From assembly GCA_963763845.1 (NCBI GenBank), contig CAVXPX010000021.1, positions 183,281 to 247,280 on the forward strand: a stretch of DNA of 64,000 nucleotides, written 5' to 3'. This stretch comes from an uncultured Acidobacteriota bacterium. Its GTDB lineage: Bacteria > Acidobacteriota > Terriglobia > Terriglobales > Acidobacteriaceae. Position 1 is the stretch's first letter, and each line of letters starts with the position of its first letter. Positions 57,409 to 64,000 of this stretch are shown here, one piece after another. A program made the translations under genes and the position numbers. The notes under the pieces were generated by a model. That model saw nothing but the letters and a program-made list of their open reading frames with translations. It did no database searches and had not been told where the DNA came from.

Positions 57409-57972
57409 ATGTCCGCAATCGACTGGCTGATCTTGGCTCCCGCCATACCCGCTATACCCATCTTCGCCACCTGGATGCTTCCTTGGGAAAGGTGGATACC
57501 ATGGGCGAAATTGCCTAAAGCCGTTTTCGGACCATACTTGCTGTATCTCTTCTTCGTGGCATTCCATTTTGACGATAACCATCGATATTGGTGGTTGTAC
57601 TACGGCTGGCTGGCGATTGCAGGCGTGGTCGTCTCGGTTATGGCCGTAATTGAGAGGATTGAGGGAAGGATGGAGAAGGAGGCCACAGAGAGAAAAGCAG
57701 GCATGTTGGAGCAGGCACAACGCTGGCCTGTTGCCGAGGGCCTTGTTCTTCATACCGGCCAAGTCCCCGATGCAAACGGAGTCCCGAACGTGACCCTTCG
57801 CTATATGTACAAAGTGGGTGACCAAGAGTTTTTTGGTTCCGAGTCAGCCACGTTCACGAGCAGAAACGATGCGGATCGGTTTGAGTCTAGATGCAAAGAA
57901 CGAAAGCTCAAGGTTCACTATCAGCAGGATAAGCCGGAGATTTGCGTGCTAGACCAGGATGCGCTGCGGTAG
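57409..57972 (+). CDS. membrane protein with C-terminal DUF3592-like domain
   Basis: 3-4 TM helices, then W.VAEG.V.....V........V.L.Y.Y.V.......G..S..F ... KV.Y....P...VL, typical of DUF3592. ATG at 57409 (TTG at 57328 possible). Confidence 0.6.
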   Translation: MSAIDWLILAPAIPAIPIFATWMLPWERWIPWAKLPKAVFGPYLLYLFFVAFHFDDNHRYWWLYYGWLAIAGVVVSVMAVIERIEGRMEKEATERKAGMLEQAQRWPVAEGLVLHTGQVPDANGVPNVTLRYMYKVGDQEFFGSESATFTSRNDADRFESRCKERKLKVHYQQDKPEICVLDQDALR

Positions 57973-58098
57973 CTGACGAAATACCACAGTTACTCTCAAA
58001 ACCTGCCAATGAGGGGAATCGTCTTCGACAGCGACCAGCGTGGGAACCGTTGCCTCACGTGCGGTGTCAGTACCCCGGCCTTGTCGGCTCTTCCTGCT

Positions 58099-59847
58099 CT
58101 AAATCAGTTCGCGGACCTTATCCGAGAATGCGGTAAGAGCAATCTTTTTGCGATTCGGCTCTCCCCGCGCCAGTGACTCGGCGAAGTGCAGAGCCTGCTC
58201 CGCCTTGATCTTCGCCGGTAGCGGTGGCTCGAAAGGGTCAACCACCGCTTGCAAGACCGCCGGACCCGGTGCTTCGAGGAAGTCTGTCATCACTCTTCGG
58301 CAATCCTGCGGATCCTCCACCGTGAATCCGATTCCTCCACAGGCGTGCGCGAATTCGGCGAAATCGATCGGATGGAGATCGACAGCGTACTCCGGATTTC
58401 CCAGAAACACCATCTGCTCCCACTTGATCTGCCCGAGAGTGTTGTTTTTGATGATGACGACTTTGATCGGCAGTTTGTACTTCACAGCCGTCACGAAATC
58501 GGCCATCAGCATCGAAAAACCACCGTCCCCCACGAATGCAACGCACTGACGATTGGGATAGGCGACCTGGGCAGCAATAATATATGGAAGACCGCACGCC
58601 ATAGTGGCAAGATTCCCGGAAACCGAGTGCATCTGCCCTCGTTTCGCCGGAATTTGCCTGGCCCACCATGAAGTGATGGTCCCGCTGTCGCAGCTTACGA
58701 TCGCATCATTCCGCAGCAACTGTCCCAGTTCCCACGCCACCACCTGCGGCTTCATCGGCGTGTCCTGGCGCGTGCCGCGCTCTTCCATCGTCTTCCACCA
58801 ATCTTTCATCCCGGCTTGCGCCGCCTTCAGAAAGCTCCTGTCTTCTTTATGGCGCAACTGTGGAATGAGTTCTCGCAAGGTGTTCCGGCTATCCCCCACA
58901 AGACCCACGTCGACCGGAAATCGCAAACCGATACGTTTTGGATCAAGTTCGATCTGTACTCCTTTTGCCTGGTCCGGTTTCGGAAGAAACTCGATGTACG
59001 GGAACGAACTCCCCACCACTAGCAGCGTGTCGCAATCTTCCATCGCCTCCTGAGATGGCCTTGTACCGAGCAGTCCGATGCCTCCCGTGGTGTACGGACT
59101 GTCATCTGGCACGGCTGCCTTGCCCAGCAGCGCTTTGATAATCGGAGCGCCGAGCAGTTCCGCGGTCTTTTCCAGTTCGTCCGTCGCATCCAAAGCTCCG
59201 CGTCCGGCGAGAATGGCCACTTTCTTCCCGTCATTCAGAATGTCTGCGGCTCGGCGCAACTCAGCGGAGTTCGGCAGATGCGCGCTGCGCGCCTCCACGT
59301 CCGAACTGTGATGCGGAATATTGCGGCTCGACCGCTGCCGCGATTTCACTTCTTCTTCCTGAAAATCTACAGGAAACGTGATGTGGGCCACGCTTCGATA
59401 GGCAGTGGCAGTGCGGCACGCCAGATCTGTGACATTTTCGACATGGGTCGGCCCCATGATTCGCTCGTTGTAGACGGCAACGTCCATGTAGAGCTTGTCG
59501 AGCGCAACGTCCTGTTGCGTGTAAGTGCCGACCAGATCATGAAACTGCAGTCCCGTGATGGCGAGAACCGGCTGGTTATCAAGCTTGGCGTCGTACAGCC
59601 CATTCAGCAGGTGAATCCCGCCCGGCCCCGACGTGGCTAGACAAACGCCAAGCTTGCCCGTGTACTTCGCGTAGCTGCATGCCATAAACGCGGCCGATTC
59701 CTCGTGACGAACCTGGATGAAACGAACCTTGTCCTGACGCGTCCGCAGAGCTTCCATAATGCCGTTGATGCCATCTCCGGGAAGGCCGAAAATTACCTCT
59801 ACACCCCAATCGATCAAACATTCAATAAGAACATCCGCTGCAGTCAT
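58099..59847 (-). CDS. poxB: thiamine-diphosphate-dependent pyruvate dehydrogenase (quinone)/pyruvate oxidase
   Basis: FGLPGDGINGI, HEESAAFMA, TSGPGG.HLLNGLYDA and GDGGFSML (TPP motif). C-terminal amphipathic tail laid out as in PoxB. Confidence 0.8.
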   Translation of the reverse strand: MTAADVLIECLIDWGVEVIFGLPGDGINGIMEALRTRQDKVRFIQVRHEESAAFMACSYAKYTGKLGVCLATSGPGGIHLLNGLYDAKLDNQPVLAITGLQFHDLVGTYTQQDVALDKLYMDVAVYNERIMGPTHVENVTDLACRTATAYRSVAHITFPVDFQEEEVKSRQRSSRNIPHHSSDVEARSAHLPNSAELRRAADILNDGKKVAILAGRGALDATDELEKTAELLGAPIIKALLGKAAVPDDSPYTTGGIGLLGTRPSQEAMEDCDTLLVVGSSFPYIEFLPKPDQAKGVQIELDPKRIGLRFPVDVGLVGDSRNTLRELIPQLRHKEDRSFLKAAQAGMKDWWKTMEERGTRQDTPMKPQVVAWELGQLLRNDAIVSCDSGTITSWWARQIPAKRGQMHSVSGNLATMACGLPYIIAAQVAYPNRQCVAFVGDGGFSMLMADFVTAVKYKLPIKVVIIKNNTLGQIKWEQMVFLGNPEYAVDLHPIDFAEFAHACGGIGFTVEDPQDCRRVMTDFLEAPGPAVLQAVVDPFEPPLPAKIKAEQALHFAESLARGEPNRKKIALTAFSDKVRELI

Positions 59848-60111
59848 AAGACCCATCCCCCGCAATGAATCGCGTACCCAGTAGAGATGCGCATAGCGGG
59901 AAGCACGTTCACCGGAAAAGCACCGAATTCAAGCAAATCCGGCCAGTTGGAAGCTGATGAATTAAAAGGCTACCTCTGGCCTGCAAAAACTCATCTCTTC
60001 CTGCGTAGCCTGGAGCACAGACCCGGTGCAATCCAATACGGTTTTCTCCGGGTCGATCTACTGGGCTATTTACTACCCTGGGTCTATTTAGGCTGGGTCG
60101 ATGTACGGAAG

Positions 60112-61230
60112 ATGAGTTCAGCGATTATCAACACCGGCGGCGACCGCGTGCCCATCCGGCACGTTTCGGTCTCACTGTATCGTGTCGCGACAGATTTTCC
60201 GGAAGCTGACGGCACGATCAGCTGGAATAGCTCGAATTTGGTGGTGGTCGAGGCGACCGCGGGAGATTTCACCGGTTTGGGCTACACCTATGCCGATTCG
60301 GCAACTGCCGTCCTGATACGCGACATGCTCACGAAACAGGTGGAAGGCCGAAATGCATTCGACATTCCCGGCTCCTGGCTGCCCATGGTGAAAAGCATTC
60401 GAAACCTGGGCCGGCCTGGAATTGCTTCCATGGCAATCTCCGCCGTCGACAATGCACTGTGGGACCTTAAGGCCCGCATTCTAGGTGTGCCTCTGGTCCA
60501 TCTTCTCGGCAGGGCTCGCGAGTCAGTCCCGGTTTACGGTAGCGGCGGTTTTACATCGTATCCAATCACGAAATTGCAGCAGCAACTCACCGGCTGGGTC
60601 GAACAAGGGATTTCCCGCGTCAAGATGAAGATTGGTGCCGATCCATCGGCAGATGTATCGCGAGTCCGCGCCGCCCGGGAAGCGATTGGTCCAGAGACGG
60701 AACTTTTTGTCGATGCCAATGGAGCATACAGCCGCAAGCAGGCGCTACATCTGGCCGAGGCGTTTGCAGAATTCAATGTCAGCTGGTTCGAGGAGCCTGT
60801 CTCATCGGACGACCTTGAAGGTCTGCACCTGATTCGCGACCGCGCTCCCGTGCGAATGGAAATTGCGGCAGGAGAGTACGGATATAACAGCTTGTATTTC
60901 CGCCGCATGCTGGAAGCTGGAGCCGTCGACGTTCTGCAAGCCGATGCAACTCGCTGTGGCGGAATCACAGGTTTTCTCCAGGCTTCTGCCCTCTGTCAGG
61001 CGCATCACCTGCCGCTTTCGGCTCACACGGCGCCGGCGATTCATCTTCACCTAGGATGCGCAGCAATCCCTCTGCGCCATCTCGAGTATTTTCACGACCA
61101 CGTGCGAATCGAATCGCTGTTCTTCGATGGTGTCCCCAAGCCTGTCCATGGAGCATTACATCCGGATCTTTCCCAGCCGGGAATGGGAATCGAATTCAAG
61201 CGCGCCGATGCAGCGCGCTTCGCTGCCTGA
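60112..61230 (+). CDS. enolase-superfamily enzyme (mandelate racemase/muconate lactonizing family)
   Basis: KMKIG, VDANGAY, FEEP, EIAAGE, and a DATRCGGIT-type metal/catalytic residue pattern. ATG at 60112 inside ORF 59887..61230. Confidence 0.8.
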   Translation: MSSAIINTGGDRVPIRHVSVSLYRVATDFPEADGTISWNSSNLVVVEATAGDFTGLGYTYADSATAVLIRDMLTKQVEGRNAFDIPGSWLPMVKSIRNLGRPGIASMAISAVDNALWDLKARILGVPLVHLLGRARESVPVYGSGGFTSYPITKLQQQLTGWVEQGISRVKMKIGADPSADVSRVRAAREAIGPETELFVDANGAYSRKQALHLAEAFAEFNVSWFEEPVSSDDLEGLHLIRDRAPVRMEIAAGEYGYNSLYFRRMLEAGAVDVLQADATRCGGITGFLQASALCQAHHLPLSAHTAPAIHLHLGCAAIPLRHLEYFHDHVRIESLFFDGVPKPVHGALHPDLSQPGMGIEFKRADAARFAA

Positions 61231-61242
61231 TAAGGAGGAAGG

Positions 61243-64000
61243 ATGTCGGTAAATCGGATTCCGCTCGTTACTTCAGAAGAGCTGAGGCATTCCTGGCGGG
61301 CCCAGGGTGCGCAGGTGGATTCTTCGGCCCTCGAGGTCGAACTGCGGGGTTCGGTCGAAGGAGAGGTTCGCTTCGACGCCGGCAGCAAGGCTCTCTACGC
61401 GGCTGACGCCTCGAATTATCGGCAGGTGCCGATTGGAGTGGTGATTCCGAAAACCCGCGAGGACGTGATCGCCACCGTAGCCGCCTGTCGTAAGCACGGT
61501 GCGCCTCTGCTTTCGCGTGGAGGCGGCACGAGTCTTGCCGGGCAATGCTGCAATGTCGCCGTGGTGCTCGACTGGACAAAGTATATGCATAACATTCTGG
61601 AATTGAATCCAGAGGAAAAATATGCGCGCGTCGAGCCGGGCACCATCAACGATTCCCTGCGTAACGCGGCCAAACCTTACACGCTCACCTGGGGTCCCGA
61701 TCCAGCTACTCACAATCACTGCACCTTCGGCGGAATGTTAGGAAACAACTCCTGCGGCGCGCATGCCCAGATGGCCGGCAAGGCGGCGGATAACCTTCTC
61801 GCGATGGACATCCTTCTTTATGACGGCACGCAAATGACTGTCGGCTGGATGGACGACCAAACCATGGAAGCGGAGATCTCAAAAGGTGGACGCGTAGGCG
61901 AGATCTATTCGCGCCTGCAACGCCTCCGCAACCGCTACTCCAAACTGATCGACGAACGATACCCGCACATTCCGAGAAGGGTTTCCGGCTACAACCTGGA
62001 TCAACTCATACCGGGAGAAGACGGAAGATTCAACATCGCTCGCGCCCTGGTCGGCAGCGAGAGCACCTGCGTGACCATCCTGGAAGCGACGGTAAAGTTG
62101 ATCTACAGCTATCCGAAGCGGGTAATGCTTGTGCTCGGATATCCAAGTGTCTACGAGGCCGGCGATCATGTTCCAGAAATTCTCAAATTTCATCCGATTG
62201 CGCTGGAAGGACTCGATGAGTTCCTGGTTCACAACGTTAAGACCAAGCACATGCCGCAGCTGGACGATCTTTCCGAATTGCCCGAAGGTAAAGGATGGCT
62301 GGTAGTGGAGTTTGGATCGGGCAGTACAGAGGAATCCGAACACCTGGCGCGGGAGGCTATGAAGGCATTGCAGGGGCCCGGCGCGCCGTCGATGCGGCTC
62401 TACGTCGATGAAGATCAACAGCAAAAGATGTGGGATCTCCGCGAGGCTGGGCTTGGCGCCACAGCCTTTGTTCCCGGTCAACCATTAACGTGGCCCGGTT
62501 GGGAGGATTCCGCGGTCGCGCCCGAAAAAGTCGGCGGCTATTTGAGGGATCTCTGCAAGCTCTATCAGAAATATAACTACCGCGCAGCCCTCTACGGACA
62601 CTTCGGCCAGGGATGCATTCACTGCCGGTTGGACTTCGATCTGACCAGTACCGAGGGGCTTCGAAAGTGGCGTGCGTTCATGGAAGAGGCGACCGGCCTT
62701 GTCACCAGCTACGGCGGTTCTCTCTCCGGCGAACATGGCGATGGACAAGCCCGTGCCGAATTCCTCTACAAAATGTTCGGACCCGAACTCATCGACGCCT
62801 TCCGGGAGTTCAAAGACATTTGGGATCCGGACTGGAAGATGAACCCGGGCAAGATTGTCGATCCATACCGCATCGAAGAAAACCTGCGTCTGGGCGCGGA
62901 CTACAAGCCGTGGGATCCTTCCACGTATTTCAAATTCCCGGAAGACGAGGGCAGCTTCGCGCACGCCGCACTGCGCTGCGTTGGAGTTGGCAAATGCCGC
63001 CGCGAGAACGGGGAGGGGCATCAGGACACGATGTGTCCGAGCTTCATGGTGACACACGAAGAAATGCACTCGACGCGCGGACGTACCCATCTGCTTTGGG
63101 AAATGATGAACGGCGAAGTCATCCGTGATGGATGGCGCGACGAGCATATTAAACAGGCGCTGGACTTGTGCCTTGCGTGCAAAGGATGCAAAGGGGATTG
63201 CCCGGTAAACGTCGATGTCGCCACATATAAAGCGGAATTTCTCGCTCACTATTGGGAAGGTCGACTGCGGCCGCTGTACGCCTATGCCTTCGGATGGATC
63301 GACAAATGGGCCCGGCTGGCATCTGTCGCTCCAGGATTTGCAAATCTGTTCACTCAGCTTCCGGGATTACGGGCGCTGGCGAAGGGAGCAGTTGGAATTC
63401 CACAAAAAAGAGAGATCCCCGCATTCGCCGCAGAAACATTCAAGTCGTGGTTTCGAAAACGCGGCTCTCGTCCTGGCGGGGAACAGAGAGTCGTCCTGTG
63501 GGCCGATACATTCAACAACTATTTCATGCCCGAGACGGCTCAGGCCGCCCTCGAAGTTCTGGAGAATGCAGGCTGCACCGTCGAGGTCATCGATCAACAT
63601 TTGTGCTGTGGGCGTCCTCTCTACGACTACGGCTTTCTCGAGATGGCCAAGCAATATCTGAACCGCAACCTGGCTGCCTTAGCGCCCCAAATCTCTGCCG
63701 GAACGCCGATGGTCGTGCTCGAGCCAAGTTGCTGCTCCGTTTTTCGCGATGAGATGCAGAACTTGATGCCCGACTCGCCGGAAGCGCGCTCATTGTCTGA
63801 GAACACGTTCACGCTCTCGGAATTTCTGCAGAAAAAGGTACCCGGATATCAGCCGCCAACCATAAAGCGGCAAGCCATCGTGCAAGGACATTGCCATCAC
63901 AAGGCGATTATGCGACTGAAAGAAGAGCGCGCGCTGATGAAGAACATGGAACTCGATTATCAGGTTCTGGAATCGGGCTGTTGCGGCATGGCAGGAGCCT
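61243..64000 (+). CDS. FAD-binding oxidase fused to Fe-S (CCG-domain) oxidoreductase, YdiJ/GlcD-GlcF-like; 3' partial
   Basis: Not in the supplied ORF track because no stop occurs before the window end. AAGGAGG lies 5 nt upstream of the ATG at 61243. My translation has no stop through 64000 and shows SRGGGTSLAGQ (FAD), GSLSGEHGDGQAR, CVGVGKCR.. and CLACKGCKGDCP (4Fe-4S), and CCGRP / CCG (CCG domains). Confidence 0.85.
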   Translation, partial: MSVNRIPLVTSEELRHSWRAQGAQVDSSALEVELRGSVEGEVRFDAGSKALYAADASNYRQVPIGVVIPKTREDVIATVAACRKHGAPLLSRGGGTSLAGQCCNVAVVLDWTKYMHNILELNPEEKYARVEPGTINDSLRNAAKPYTLTWGPDPATHNHCTFGGMLGNNSCGAHAQMAGKAADNLLAMDILLYDGTQMTVGWMDDQTMEAEISKGGRVGEIYSRLQRLRNRYSKLIDERYPHIPRRVSGYNLDQLIPGEDGRFNIARALVGSESTCVTILEATVKLIYSYPKRVMLVLGYPSVYEAGDHVPEILKFHPIALEGLDEFLVHNVKTKHMPQLDDLSELPEGKGWLVVEFGSGSTEESEHLAREAMKALQGPGAPSMRLYVDEDQQQKMWDLREAGLGATAFVPGQPLTWPGWEDSAVAPEKVGGYLRDLCKLYQKYNYRAALYGHFGQGCIHCRLDFDLTSTEGLRKWRAFMEEATGLVTSYGGSLSGEHGDGQARAEFLYKMFGPELIDAFREFKDIWDPDWKMNPGKIVDPYRIEENLRLGADYKPWDPSTYFKFPEDEGSFAHAALRCVGVGKCRRENGEGHQDTMCPSFMVTHEEMHSTRGRTHLLWEMMNGEVIRDGWRDEHIKQALDLCLACKGCKGDCPVNVDVATYKAEFLAHYWEGRLRPLYAYAFGWIDKWARLASVAPGFANLFTQLPGLRALAKGAVGIPQKREIPAFAAETFKSWFRKRGSRPGGEQRVVLWADTFNNYFMPETAQAALEVLENAGCTVEVIDQHLCCGRPLYDYGFLEMAKQYLNRNLAALAPQISAGTPMVVLEPSCCSVFRDEMQNLMPDSPEARSLSENTFTLSEFLQKKVPGYQPPTIKRQAIVQGHCHHKAIMRLKEERALMKNMELDYQVLESGCCGMAGA

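Overview
GC-rich bacterial chromosomal window. Gene content suggests an Acidobacteriota/Terriglobia-type genome: a PadR + permease-prefix pair, many GC-rich REP hairpins, and small beta-barrel OMP paralogs. The taxon is inference only. I can support about 57 protein-coding genes, 2 tRNA-Ser genes, four IS copies from three families, two REP families, and a few operator and terminator candidates. Core content: leuA-like gene + acnA, leuCD, hemL, poxB-like gene, an mdtABC-like RND pump, a Mn-homeostasis cluster (Nramp + DtxR/MntR-type regulator), two ABC exporters, and a NarL-type two-component system co-transcribed with a CRTAC1-family protein. Most notable observations: (1) An IS110/IS1111-type element is present twice (1..310 partial, 5429..6689 complete). 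Its conserved 3' non-coding tail contains 9-mers that match its own insertion junctions inside a REP unit, so it is a candidate bridge/seek RNA. (2) An IS701-type element is inserted into the terminal repeat of an IS1182-type element, and both sit inside another REP unit. (3) A translationally coupled type III PKS - flavoprotein - YceI operon lies next to a deleted aminotransferase remnant. (4) A decayed integration site lies at a tRNA-Ser pair. No CRISPR array, rRNA or recognisable defence system was seen. Two ORFs that run off the window edges are absent from the supplied ORF track (1..143 and 61243..64000).
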